DNA of 64,000 nucleotides from Fibrobacterales bacterium (GTDB lineage Bacteria; Fibrobacterota; Fibrobacteria; Fibrobacterales; JAOPTW01): NCBI GenBank assembly GCA_051532035.1, contig JAOPTW010000016.1, positions 64,001 to 128,000 of the forward strand, read 5' to 3'. Shown piece by piece: positions 52,635 to 62,445 of this stretch (position 1 is its first letter; each line of letters starts with the position of its first letter). The notes under the pieces were generated by a model. It saw only the letters and a program-made list of their open reading frames with translations, ran no database searches and was not told where the DNA came from. The position numbers and the translations under genes were made by a program.

Positions 52635-54386
52635 TTAGTTTAGCAGGAGGGGGACTATTATTGTTGGAACAATATTATATTCCATTTTTAAATCATCCAA
52701 ATAATAGTCTGCACCACTAAGAGCTGTCCCTACGATTTCAACGGTAGTATTTCCAAACAATTCAATTTCTACACCTTCATAGACAGTTGAATATGTTCTT
52801 TCCGTTTCTATTCCGTCAATGAGCACTTTAATATGCGGCCCAGTATACCCTTGAACCTTCCATTTTAGAGATACTTTCGATACGCCAGCAACATCGATTG
52901 ATAGTAAAGGAACGTCTATTCCTTGTAGCATGCATTTTACTGCCTCGCCTTCTACAGCAGTTGTTTCATAAATAGATCGACAATGCAGGTCATTAATATC
53001 TATTCTAGTTAAACTACTAATATCCAGCGACTTAACATATGATGGTTCGTCCCATGTTGACGGAATATCACCATACCCAATATAATCAGCAACGTAGTTA
53101 CCCGCATAATTTGGACCCAGCAAATTTGACCATGCAGATGAGTTACCATGAGGAATTCGAGAATAGCTTTTACTACCATAATTCAACGTAGCGAACTCTG
53201 CTCCTTCTATTTTTATTCGACGATATGCATTACTCGCCTCAGTAAAAAGACCTACACCATGTTGACTATTTAAACTAGACACCATATCACTTTGTGTAGC
53301 CCAAGCACCATCAGTATTATATTTTTTCTCAACGGCATTTAAATCACCATATGCGTCGCCTGGATAATCATACGCATCTATGGCAAATGCAAGTTCCGCA
53401 AATAAGCATTTATCTGGATCATCCAAGTCTTCACGCCCTCCAACTAAACACTTGTCCCAAGGATAAGCCGCATAATCCATACCCTCCAAGTCAAGAAGCA
53501 AATCTCTACCTACACCGGCATGGACACTACCAAAAGTCGTAAATGCGATTTCTTTTCCATCACGAGGTCTAACAGGATGTCCACCAAGTGCAGTCATAAA
53601 GGAACCTCCAACACGCCACTGATCTGATTCAGAAATAATTCTAGTAATCGCAGACTCACCATCTTCATCAAGAAACCCTGCCCCAAAAATATTCATAAAA
53701 CTATTAACCCATCCCACTTGATTAGCTGATGATAACACAGCTTCAGAAATGGTGTTAATAAAATAATGAGTTTTAGACAAATCACCACCCTCTACTCCAG
53801 CCCACTCTGACCCCAAGTGAGGTGTATTCAAAGTCACTATATGATTAATGTGATTCACTGGGTTTTTTAAGGTTACATCAGTAAAATTTTTCACAAGATA
53901 CCTACTTACAATACCACCCTGACTATGGGCAATGAGGTCAACCTTTCTCTCTGCGTTCGTCTCCCAATCTGGATAATATTCGGCAAGTATTTCCTTTAAT
54001 CGCTGATGCAATGCCGCTGCCTGATCTGGTATTAAGTCATCCTTATGTGGAGTAGTAAAAAACTCCATTCCATTATTATTTATTTCATCAAATGTGTCAT
54101 ATTGAGCATTATACAGATCTGCTACTGATTGTGCAATCACCTTACCAACATTACCACTATTTCTAACATACCCTACATCATTAGGGTCTACTGTCCCTCC
54201 ACCAATATCCCTCATATCTGAGGTTATCCCATGAACAAAAACAATAGGGTTCTTTACACATCCCGAGCTTTTACTCAGTTTATTATAGTCTGAGTGGCCA
54301 CTAGAACACCAGTGATCAGCAAAAACTGCACTCCCTAAAAGCATTTGCCCATATATGATTGTCTTTAATATCTTTTTCATTCTCAT
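52635..54386 (-). CDS. Secreted lipase-like alpha/beta hydrolase (PGAP1-like) with conserved C-tail
   Basis: Signal peptide, IVFVHG, IAHSQGG, TLNTPHLGS; ends NIVPTIIVPLLLN. Confidence 0.8.
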   Translation of the reverse strand: MRMKKILKTIIYGQMLLGSAVFADHWCSSGHSDYNKLSKSSGCVKNPIVFVHGITSDMRDIGGGTVDPNDVGYVRNSGNVGKVIAQSVADLYNAQYDTFDEINNNGMEFFTTPHKDDLIPDQAAALHQRLKEILAEYYPDWETNAERKVDLIAHSQGGIVSRYLVKNFTDVTLKNPVNHINHIVTLNTPHLGSEWAGVEGGDLSKTHYFINTISEAVLSSANQVGWVNSFMNIFGAGFLDEDGESAITRIISESDQWRVGGSFMTALGGHPVRPRDGKEIAFTTFGSVHAGVGRDLLLDLEGMDYAAYPWDKCLVGGREDLDDPDKCLFAELAFAIDAYDYPGDAYGDLNAVEKKYNTDGAWATQSDMVSSLNSQHGVGLFTEASNAYRRIKIEGAEFATLNYGSKSYSRIPHGNSSAWSNLLGPNYAGNYVADYIGYGDIPSTWDEPSYVKSLDISSLTRIDINDLHCRSIYETTAVEGEAVKCMLQGIDVPLLSIDVAGVSKVSLKWKVQGYTGPHIKVLIDGIETERTYSTVYEGVEIELFGNTTVEIVGTALSGADYYLDDLKMEYNIVPTIIVPLLLN

Positions 54387-54399
54387 CCTTAGTTTATGT

Positions 54400-55668
54400 T
54401 TACTGTAATAACAATGGAGTTATTATCGTTGGTACTATTGACCGGTTAATTACTTTAAAATTTCGAATTTGTATCTCACTAAAACCCTTTATGAGTCCAC
54501 CACTCAAGGAGAGTTCAACATCTCCACTAGGCACATCAAAAACAACGGTTGTCCAGCCTCCTCCCATAATGGTTTCTTTCACCACACCATTTAAAGCATA
54601 CTCAAAAATGGAATAGTCACTGCGCACTTCAAATTCAACTCGCTGTACATTCGTTAGTGTCGCCTTTATCCAATGCTTTTTAAAAAACTCTACACTAGAA
54701 TATGAATACATATCTGATGGAAAACGTGCGACAAGAGAAGACTTATCTTCATGCATTCTCCATATCGGTGAGTCCCAATACCCTTCAGCTATTGAATATT
54801 CCCAGGCATAAGAAAGCCCTAGACTAATATTAATATCACCATTTATTTTTTCTGACAACTGACCATCAAACACTCCCTTCAGGACAGGAGAATACTCTAA
54901 CATGCTTCTAATGGTCACACCTTGATTATATCCAAGTCGATCACATAAGCCTAAGGTATGAATCCCAACTATGTCACCAAATTCATCAAGAACACCACTT
55001 CCCGAACTTCCTTTTTGTGTATCAATAGAAGAATATTTTATCCAGCTATCTTCGATCTCGGTAATCAATCCTGAATGAATTTTCTTGAGTTCTCCTTCTG
55101 GATGTTGAATTACCGTAACCCTTTCATCAACCGCCATGATTTTAGGCTTTATTCTGGCATACCCAAAATCAATACCTGGTTTTTTCTCTAATCTTAAAAT
55201 TGCGTAGTCCATACTAGAGTCACGAAGCTTAACTTTTTCTACAAGCTCAACGACATTATATATTACTTCTTCTCGCTTCTGTCCCGTTTCAGAATCTAAC
55301 TGCCAATTGAAGTTTACATGTCCCCATAATACCATTTGTTCTGGCGTATACCTCGTTCCGTCTTCATTTAATGGCCACTTATAGCTTTGTGTAAAACAAT
55401 GACCTGCAGTTAAAAACAAATCTTCACTGATCAGTGTCCCACTACAGATTCTTTTACCACGATAAGCCACCTTCTGAATATCAAAACGGTATTGAAACAC
55501 TCCAACTGGGCCTTGGTGATAATTGACAAACTCCTCTGACACTCCAAGTGATCCATCATAGTATTCCACATCTTGAAAATCGAATTCTTCATCGCAAGCT
55601 GTACTTACTACTTCTTGTGCGAATACACTCAAACACAAAGACATAATTATTATTATTATTGCTTTCAT
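54400..55668 (-). CDS. Secreted trypsin-like serine protease with conserved C-tail
   Basis: CSGTLI..LTAGHC, DYAIL and GSSGSGV triad; ends SIVPTIITPLLLQ. Confidence 0.85.
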   Translation of the reverse strand: MKAIIIIIMSLCLSVFAQEVVSTACDEEFDFQDVEYYDGSLGVSEEFVNYHQGPVGVFQYRFDIQKVAYRGKRICSGTLISEDLFLTAGHCFTQSYKWPLNEDGTRYTPEQMVLWGHVNFNWQLDSETGQKREEVIYNVVELVEKVKLRDSSMDYAILRLEKKPGIDFGYARIKPKIMAVDERVTVIQHPEGELKKIHSGLITEIEDSWIKYSSIDTQKGSSGSGVLDEFGDIVGIHTLGLCDRLGYNQGVTIRSMLEYSPVLKGVFDGQLSEKINGDINISLGLSYAWEYSIAEGYWDSPIWRMHEDKSSLVARFPSDMYSYSSVEFFKKHWIKATLTNVQRVEFEVRSDYSIFEYALNGVVKETIMGGGWTTVVFDVPSGDVELSLSGGLIKGFSEIQIRNFKVINRSIVPTIITPLLLQ

Positions 55669-55694
55669 TTTTTACCTGATATATTTCTTATTAG

Positions 55695-55724
55695 ATTAGA
55701 CGAGTCAGTCTTTGGTTTTGTGAA
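55695..55724 (-). promoter_or_regulatory. ECF-type promoter copy 2
   Basis: TTCAC-N17-CGTCTAAT. Confidence 0.7.
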
Positions 55725-55863
55725 TTTTTATTTCTGAATAGGACTTAATAAATTTTGCCTATAAAAAAATAGCGAAACTCTAGCCGTTTCGAGTTAAGCA
55801 AGCATCTCACTTACACTCATAAACCATCACTCTTGTAAGAGCATAGTTATTACTCTACTAAAT

Positions 55864-55900
55864 AAAAAAAGCTGTACTTGATTTACAAGTACAGCTTTTT
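55864..55900 (-). terminator. Terminator after the 55950 gene
   Basis: AAAAAGCTGTACTTG-attta-CAAGTACAGCTTTTT. Confidence 0.8.
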
Positions 55901-55949
55901 GATTACGATGACGCAATTACAATATTACAGATTAATTATTTAGCAGTAT

Positions 55950-56294
55950 TTATTGAGCCCACCAATCACCAACCATGATCATATCTACATACCCATAAGG
56001 ACCACTACACTCTGTATTTGAAGTAGCAACAATTCTAATTGACTCCTTGTTTTTATATGCGACCATTATAAGGCCCAAAAAGCTTGACATATTATTTTCA
56101 CGTATCACCCATATATCTTTGTTTGTGCAAGGAGAATTTGGATGAGGCAATTCAGTTCTAAAAGCAAGTGTATTAAGAGGTGACGTATGGTAAGACTTGA
56201 CCTTACCCACATTCGCCCAATTTGCCATTGCATTCCCTGCAAAAACAGATCCAACCAACACCATCGCCACAACTAATTTCTTTAACATTTTCAT
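55950..56294 (-). CDS. Small secreted two-Cys protein (AB5 B-subunit/OB-fold-like)
   Basis: Signal MKMLKKLVVAMVLVGSVFAGNAMA; GKV...C...FLGLIMVAYKNKESIRI...C pattern. Confidence 0.65.
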   Translation of the reverse strand: MKMLKKLVVAMVLVGSVFAGNAMANWANVGKVKSYHTSPLNTLAFRTELPHPNSPCTNKDIWVIRENNMSSFLGLIMVAYKNKESIRIVATSNTECSGPYGYVDMIMVGDWWAQ

Positions 56295-56331
56295 AATTTA
56301 TCCTTTTTAGGTTTTCATTTACTTAATACTA

Positions 56332-56361
56332 ATTAGACGCCCCAATAAATACTTTGGGGAA
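56332..56361 (-). promoter_or_regulatory. ECF-type promoter copy 3
   Basis: TTCCC-N17-CGTCTAAT. Confidence 0.75.
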
Positions 56362-56378
56362 CAATTTTTAATCTTTTT

Positions 56379-58046
56379 TTAATTTAATAATAACGGTGTA
56401 ATTATTGTCGGCACAATATAAGACAAATCCTTCAACTCATTGAGTTCCTTATAAGCCTGAAGAAACACTGGACCATAATAGACACCATTTGGAAATATGA
56501 GCATTGGCATATGTGGAATTGTTGGCATACCTGTTAAATCATTCAAATTCATTATTTTAAAAGGGTCTGCCCCCTCTGTAAACACCCCCCTACCTTCTTG
56601 ACTTTCTAACTCCACAATGAAGTCACCTTTATCAGCCCAGTTTTCATTCAGCCCTTTCAAGTAGTTGTCCCACAAATAATCAATTGCAATATCAGCCGCT
56701 TCATTACACACATATTGAGCTGCGTCATTTCGCGTATACCAATCAAACTCGCCTTCTTTAAAGCTATGACCTGCAGTTAATACAGCATCAAGACCCAATT
56801 CATAGCCATCTACAAATACATCACCTATATCTCCGCCAACATTCTCTGTTTCACACACTAACTTGCTTCCATATTCCCAAAGTTTCCACGTCCACTCCCA
56901 ATGACACGATTCCTCATGAAGTTCCCCTGCATCGACATTAACTCCATCACATTCTTCACTAGCTTTTTCAACAGCATTTAACAAATACTCACCCATGGAA
57001 TTTGCAGAACTCGTCAAAGCAACCATAGGAATTTTTTTATTACTAAAAGGCAACCGTGGGTAACCCTCAGCCTTAAGGTCAGCGATCAATCCCGAATTTT
57101 GAGATAAGTCTTGTGTCCCATAAATAAAAGCTCCTAAAGCCTCATGAACACTTTTAAAACCTTTCAATCGCTCATGAGAGTGTGTTTGTATAGCAAATTT
57201 TCTCACGGCCTGGACATCTGAATTATTGGAATTTTCCGTAGCCAGCGCAGAGCCTGTATGAGGAGTATTAAGGGTAATTATTCCGTGAACATGATTCAAA
57301 GGGTTTTCTGGAGACACAGTATTATACCGTCTCAATGCATTTCTAATAACCAATCCACCCTGTGAATGTGCAATGATGTCAATAGTTTTATCCATATCAC
57401 TCTTCCAGCTCTCACCATAGTATTGCGTTAATACCTCACTCATTCTATTTGCTAAAAGCTCTGTCTGATCTCCTCCCCCTGTTTCAATGGGCTGAAACTT
57501 ATGAGCCGCTTCATACAACTCCAATCCGTTATGATCAAAAAATGTTTCTTGACCCAATTCTGTTTCTAGAGTAAGGGGTATATGTGCCCCATAAGCCTCT
57601 GCAAGCTGACTCATCACAAATGACTTTTTATTGTACCCCCGCCACGAACCACCATCCGTTGCAAGACCATGTACAAATAAAACAGGTCGTTCTAGACAAC
57701 CTGCATGTACTCCAATTTTTTGATAATTAGAATCTCCCACATTACAATTAACCATTGAAGGGTGTGATAATGCATTCCATTGATTAATTGCTCTACTGAG
57801 TGCTTTTGCAGCAGTTGCCTGAGCCCAACCATCAATACCAATTTCAGGGCACTGGGCATGAAAATTCGTTACATCTGAACAAGTAGTCTCCTCACCCCAC
57901 CTTCCATACTGATCTTGATAGTCATATGTTGTTTTGCAAACATTCTTAACTATTGTAACATATGATGGATTAGGGCACCCTTCCCAACTCTCTGCAAACA
58001 AGCTCGATATAGGTATTATAAATAGTACTGCTAATTTCTTCAGCAT
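56379..58046 (-). CDS. Secreted lipase-like alpha/beta hydrolase with conserved C-tail
   Basis: Signal peptide, Cys-rich N-terminus, VLFVHG, IAHSQGG, TLNTPHTGS; ends YIVPTIITPLLLN. Confidence 0.8.
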   Translation of the reverse strand: MLKKLAVLFIIPISSLFAESWEGCPNPSYVTIVKNVCKTTYDYQDQYGRWGEETTCSDVTNFHAQCPEIGIDGWAQATAAKALSRAINQWNALSHPSMVNCNVGDSNYQKIGVHAGCLERPVLFVHGLATDGGSWRGYNKKSFVMSQLAEAYGAHIPLTLETELGQETFFDHNGLELYEAAHKFQPIETGGGDQTELLANRMSEVLTQYYGESWKSDMDKTIDIIAHSQGGLVIRNALRRYNTVSPENPLNHVHGIITLNTPHTGSALATENSNNSDVQAVRKFAIQTHSHERLKGFKSVHEALGAFIYGTQDLSQNSGLIADLKAEGYPRLPFSNKKIPMVALTSSANSMGEYLLNAVEKASEECDGVNVDAGELHEESCHWEWTWKLWEYGSKLVCETENVGGDIGDVFVDGYELGLDAVLTAGHSFKEGEFDWYTRNDAAQYVCNEAADIAIDYLWDNYLKGLNENWADKGDFIVELESQEGRGVFTEGADPFKIMNLNDLTGMPTIPHMPMLIFPNGVYYGPVFLQAYKELNELKDLSYIVPTIITPLLLN

Positions 58047-58093
58047 TAACCTCTCCTTATTAATTGTATAAAAACTTATAACAACGCAAAATT

Positions 58094-58131
58094 AAAAAAA
58101 AAAGCTACAAATTAAATCTTTGTAGCTTTTT
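58094..58131 (-). terminator. Terminator after the 58175 gene
   Basis: AAAAGCTACAAA...TTTGTAGCTTTT with a long T run on the minus strand. Confidence 0.75.
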
Positions 58132-58174
58132 CTCTAGAGTTCAAATGACGGCATTTAGTTATTTGATTGCATTG

Positions 58175-59920
58175 TTAGTTTAACAGTAGCGGTGTAATGA
58201 TAGTTGGAACAATATTATATCGAAAATTAATGTTATCGACAATTCCTTTAGTTACCCCTACAAACGGAGACGACTCAAACCTAAACTCTACCTCATTTAC
58301 CCCTCCGTTCAATCTAACAGATTCAGTTCGTAAATAGTTCGGAGCCTCCATTACTCGAGTACCATTTATATATAAATATATATCAGAGTATCTTCCTGTA
58401 TTTTCCCACGTAAACTCAATCTCACTTACACCTACTACAGTGAATGACATCCTCTTTTCAATCCCAAATACACTATAGCATTCAAGACCATTACTCCCCA
58501 TTAATCCATTAACACTATATTTCGGCTTACATCCATTCGAAACGTCTAATTGAATATTTTCAGGCAGCTCTAATACTTCATGATATTTTTTACGTGCTGG
58601 ATTCACTAGAGCTGCAAAAACATCTGCACCATGGAGCTCCGGCCCATCAACTACAATGCCATAATCCTCGAGTACATCAACGCCCATACTCGTACCATGA
58701 ATTACGCCAAATTCATTTGTCAATTCTATCGCTTGGAATTTTGAATTCACTGGAGAGAACAACCCTTCAAGTTTTTGAGAAAAGACATCTACCACTCCAT
58801 CACTATTTGCCATCCAATCTTCATCAATAAAGTCTATGGTTGGTTGAATTGATGCTTTCAGTTCATTTAACAATTCACGAGCCTCTTCTCCTGCTCCAAA
58901 ATCGTCTGCTCGAGCATCAACATCTTCACTCAAATTATAAAAAACATTATCTATTATTCCTGTCATATTACCTGCACCGGCTCTACTATAAAAAGCGGTG
59001 AATGGAATATCTGAACCATCATATGGGCGCTTTGGAAAACCTGCCGCATTCAACTCATCATAAATAGGACTTTCAAACCCAAATAATCCTCTTGTTTCAA
59101 ACACTTTTTCTTGAAGAGATTCACCTGCATCTTCGATACTAAAATCATATTTAAAATCAGTGTCTGAGAATTGAACCTCATATTCATCAAATAGAACATC
59201 GTTTTTATTATCAATAGATAGCGTAAAGCCTCCAGTGGTACCACCACAGAACGGAATATAATCAGCACACAGGTCTACCTCACCATACTTAGTATTTGCA
59301 TGTATATTTATGCTTTTAGTTCCGAAAATTAGACCTTGCATCTCTTTAGCACTCTCATACACAGGATTCTCTGAAACAATTGATGTCCCCAAGTGCGGTG
59401 AATTAAGAGTGATAATTGAATTAATATGATTTACCACATTCGATAACGATCTATCATTTTGATTATCTAAAATCATTTTACGAATTGCTACCCCACCCTG
59501 ACTATGGCATATAATATCAATCTTCGTGTCATATCGGTTTCTCCAATCAGCGTAACTTCCGTAGATAGAGTACTCATTAAGAATATTTTCTATTTTTTCT
59601 TTTAATGCCGTCGCAAACATCTCATGAGTCTGAGACTGACCTTGTCCATCATAAAACTCAATTCCGTTTTGATTGAGTGCAGTGTAATTCGAAACATCCA
59701 TACCATACTGCATAGATACATAAAATGGGATACCATCACTTTTTAAAGAACTCACCGTCCCTTCTGAGCCTTCCAATCTCCAAAAACTCATTGCATCAGA
59801 ATTACCGTGAACAAAAAGTAAAACTCTTGGAAGGCTTCCAGAATAAGGGGTTCCAACATTTGCAAAAGTACCAGTAAAAGCAAATGCTATTAAAAAAAAG
59901 CAAAATATTTTTGTTTTCAT
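58175..59920 (-). CDS. Secreted lipase-like alpha/beta hydrolase with conserved C-tail
   Basis: Signal peptide, LLFVHG, ICHSQGG, TLNSPHLGT; ends NIVPTIITPLLLN. Confidence 0.8.
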   Translation of the reverse strand: MKTKIFCFFLIAFAFTGTFANVGTPYSGSLPRVLLFVHGNSDAMSFWRLEGSEGTVSSLKSDGIPFYVSMQYGMDVSNYTALNQNGIEFYDGQGQSQTHEMFATALKEKIENILNEYSIYGSYADWRNRYDTKIDIICHSQGGVAIRKMILDNQNDRSLSNVVNHINSIITLNSPHLGTSIVSENPVYESAKEMQGLIFGTKSINIHANTKYGEVDLCADYIPFCGGTTGGFTLSIDNKNDVLFDEYEVQFSDTDFKYDFSIEDAGESLQEKVFETRGLFGFESPIYDELNAAGFPKRPYDGSDIPFTAFYSRAGAGNMTGIIDNVFYNLSEDVDARADDFGAGEEARELLNELKASIQPTIDFIDEDWMANSDGVVDVFSQKLEGLFSPVNSKFQAIELTNEFGVIHGTSMGVDVLEDYGIVVDGPELHGADVFAALVNPARKKYHEVLELPENIQLDVSNGCKPKYSVNGLMGSNGLECYSVFGIEKRMSFTVVGVSEIEFTWENTGRYSDIYLYINGTRVMEAPNYLRTESVRLNGGVNEVEFRFESSPFVGVTKGIVDNINFRYNIVPTIITPLLLN

Positions 59921-59952
59921 ATTATCTCCGTTGTTATTTTTATTTTGTACTT

Positions 59953-59982
59953 ATTAGACGGAGTGAAACACTTAAATGGGAA
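59953..59982 (-). promoter_or_regulatory. ECF-type promoter copy 4
   Basis: TTCCC-N17-CGTCTAAT. Confidence 0.75.
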
Positions 59983-60032
59983 TCATTTTAAAAATAAAAT
60001 CAAATTTTACATAATATTTTGGATATAAATGA

Positions 60033-61637
60033 TTAAAACTGAACACCCAGTCCGATTCTAGGACCACCTTGATAGTGTAATTTAAAGCGCCCATTCTCTT
60101 GTTTAAAAAAAGAGCTTGATATTTGATAACCAAAAGAAATCCAACTACCATAGGGTAAATAACATTCTAATTCAACCGGCACCCCCAACGAAAAAATATT
60201 TCCTTGAGTGTGTGTTATTGGATCGACTCTCTCTGGATTTACTTCTAAATAACGTTTATCGATAACTTCTTCCCATAAATGAACTAGCCCAAAGGCTGCC
60301 CCTACCTGTAACTGTGTATAATTAGAAGTCCATACGGGTGTTAGGCTTTCTAGCCTGAGAGACAAAAACAATCGATCTACAGCAAAATATCGTCCATCAA
60401 CATCATCCTCAGCATAACCTAAAGTTACTCTGTTCTTCAAATGAATTGCTCGATATATTAATGAGAGATAGTAGTTCATAAAAGTAGGTAATGGTCCAAA
60501 CTCTACTCCATTGACATTTGTTGGGTCACTCCCCCCTACAGAAAATTCAACACCTAAAGGGTCAAGTATGAAACCATGACCACCCTTGGTATAGATCACT
60601 GACTTAGGCTGTCGTTTAAACTGTTTGGGAGATATCTCCTGGGATTTTGCCCAAGTCAAATCAACCCGCATCGCTTTAAAATGCCCCTCCCCCTCGAATG
60701 AAGCAACATAATTCCCCACAGGAACTTTATAGCGAACACTTTTTTTCCCAGATAGGTTAAGCCTACTATAAAGTTCCATCGTTTGACTATTATAGATATT
60801 GACGGGTACCGAAGGAAAGTCCTTAAATACAATTTCTCCATTACCCTTTTTAAGCTCAGTCAAAACGATATCCGTCTCACCTACGAGATCAAAATCAAAG
60901 CCAGGGCTCTGTTGTATAGCCTGACGCACCATGTTGTCAGACTGAGTACTGAGCCTTGCATAATAAAACGCCTCCCACAAACCAATCTCACTATCTGAAT
61001 TAAAATCTGCAAGCCCATGAAGTCCGTTCAATAGGTGATGAGTAAATACTGCACCTTTATACTCCTCAGATTCAAGTGAGAACTCATCAGCTCCACTTGA
61101 TGTAATAATCACAGTCCCTTTATTTTTCAAAGTATCAACAGCAACTACATTATCTTCACGTATAAAGGTACCACCCTTTTTCCTGAGGAGCTTGCCCGAC
61201 TCACAGGCATCAACAATGATAATTTTCACATCAGACTGAACTGACTCAATAGTAGAGAGGAGCGTGGTACGATCAAATTTTTTGCCATCAATATGAAGGG
61301 CATCCGAACTGCCATGACCCGAATAATAAAAAACCAACATACTCTGCTTATTACTCTTATGGAGCTCAGCGATTCGTCCTTGAATTTGATTAAGTGACGA
61401 GGTAATTTTCTCTAGCGAAGGATTTTCTAGAAGATAGACTCTGTCTGCATCAAAATTCTTAGAATCTCTAAATACCGCAGCCATTTCACGAGCATCACGC
61501 GTTGCATAACTCAAATCACGCTCATTGAACAGACCGTTATTGTTACCAATAAAGAGCCCGATACGCTCAACCGAAGACCACGATACGGTTACTAAAGAGA
61601 GTGATAGTAAGAAAACAATCAGTAGCTTCTGTATCAC
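60033..61637 (-). CDS. Secreted caspase-family (C14) protein with C-terminal barrel-like domain (cluster 2)
   Basis: Signal peptide, IGNNNG, LSYATRDA, FYYSGHG, IVDAC dyad, GLADFNSDSEIGLWEAF; ends GLGVQF. Confidence 0.85.
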   Translation of the reverse strand: MIQKLLIVFLLSLSLVTVSWSSVERIGLFIGNNNGLFNERDLSYATRDAREMAAVFRDSKNFDADRVYLLENPSLEKITSSLNQIQGRIAELHKSNKQSMLVFYYSGHGSSDALHIDGKKFDRTTLLSTIESVQSDVKIIIVDACESGKLLRKKGGTFIREDNVVAVDTLKNKGTVIITSSGADEFSLESEEYKGAVFTHHLLNGLHGLADFNSDSEIGLWEAFYYARLSTQSDNMVRQAIQQSPGFDFDLVGETDIVLTELKKGNGEIVFKDFPSVPVNIYNSQTMELYSRLNLSGKKSVRYKVPVGNYVASFEGEGHFKAMRVDLTWAKSQEISPKQFKRQPKSVIYTKGGHGFILDPLGVEFSVGGSDPTNVNGVEFGPLPTFMNYYLSLIYRAIHLKNRVTLGYAEDDVDGRYFAVDRLFLSLRLESLTPVWTSNYTQLQVGAAFGLVHLWEEVIDKRYLEVNPERVDPITHTQGNIFSLGVPVELECYLPYGSWISFGYQISSSFFKQENGRFKLHYQGGPRIGLGVQF

Positions 61638-61645
61638 GTCACCCT

Positions 61646-62434
61646 CTATTGACTAATAAATTGAATAAGCTGATACTGTTTCACATCGATATCATCAAAT
61701 TGCTCAGTTTGAGCAAGGCTACGCTTCGCTGTTTTAAGATCAAATGATTGTGCTGAGGTGACAATCCAAACAAGTTCAGTTTGAAAATCATCATTAAGCG
61801 TTACCGACCCATTAAACATCTTCTCTTTAATTGAAAAGGATACTTTTACAGCTTGTTCACCTTCTATCACATACGGCTCAATAGATTTTGAATCATCCTG
61901 ATAGAGCACCATAAAATAGAAATCCTCTACAGCACGATAGGTAAAACCAATCACATCATCTTTTGAAACCGTAATAGGTTGAGTGGCATTAACTGCAGCC
62001 TTATTTAAGGTCAGAGCGATAGATTCTTGCCCCTTTGCCACAACAATCTTTACCCCGTCAGGGCCATTTTGCAGAGTGACAACACCTACAACGACCGCAA
62101 CAACCACACAGGTCGCAACAATTCCTTGAACCTGTGGCTGTAACAACCTACTTAACCCTTGTGCGAGCCCAGATAAAAACGACGAACTCTCACTTTGCTT
62201 AATCGGAGTTTCTACTCTCACAGACTCTTGTTCAACATACGCAGCAATATCTGCAAAAGGAATAGGATTTGAAATGGACGACCACTCATCGAGCTCAGTA
62301 TTAAATTGCGAGTACTCTTTCTTATATTCATCAATAGCAGTAAGAAGTGCCTCTTCTGCCTCACCAGCAATATATTGCTCTATCTCTCTATAAGTAAAAG
62401 GACGCCCGGGGAGTTTATCAAAATCATTGTACAT
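61646..62434 (-). CDS. Putative single-TM anti-sigma factor (cluster 2)
   Basis: EIEQYIAGE N-terminal helix, one TM, AKG motif, periplasmic beta domain. Confidence 0.65.
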   Translation of the reverse strand: MYNDFDKLPGRPFTYREIEQYIAGEAEEALLTAIDEYKKEYSQFNTELDEWSSISNPIPFADIAAYVEQESVRVETPIKQSESSSFLSGLAQGLSRLLQPQVQGIVATCVVVAVVVGVVTLQNGPDGVKIVVAKGQESIALTLNKAAVNATQPITVSKDDVIGFTYRAVEDFYFMVLYQDDSKSIEPYVIEGEQAVKVSFSIKEKMFNGSVTLNDDFQTELVWIVTSAQSFDLKTAKRSLAQTEQFDDIDVKQYQLIQFISQ

Positions 62435-62445
62435 AATTATAGCCT

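Noticed and set aside
52635..59920. T6SS Tle lipase effector cluster
   Set aside because: The proteins carry Sec-type signal peptides, and no vgrG, PAAR, hcp or adaptor genes are in the window.
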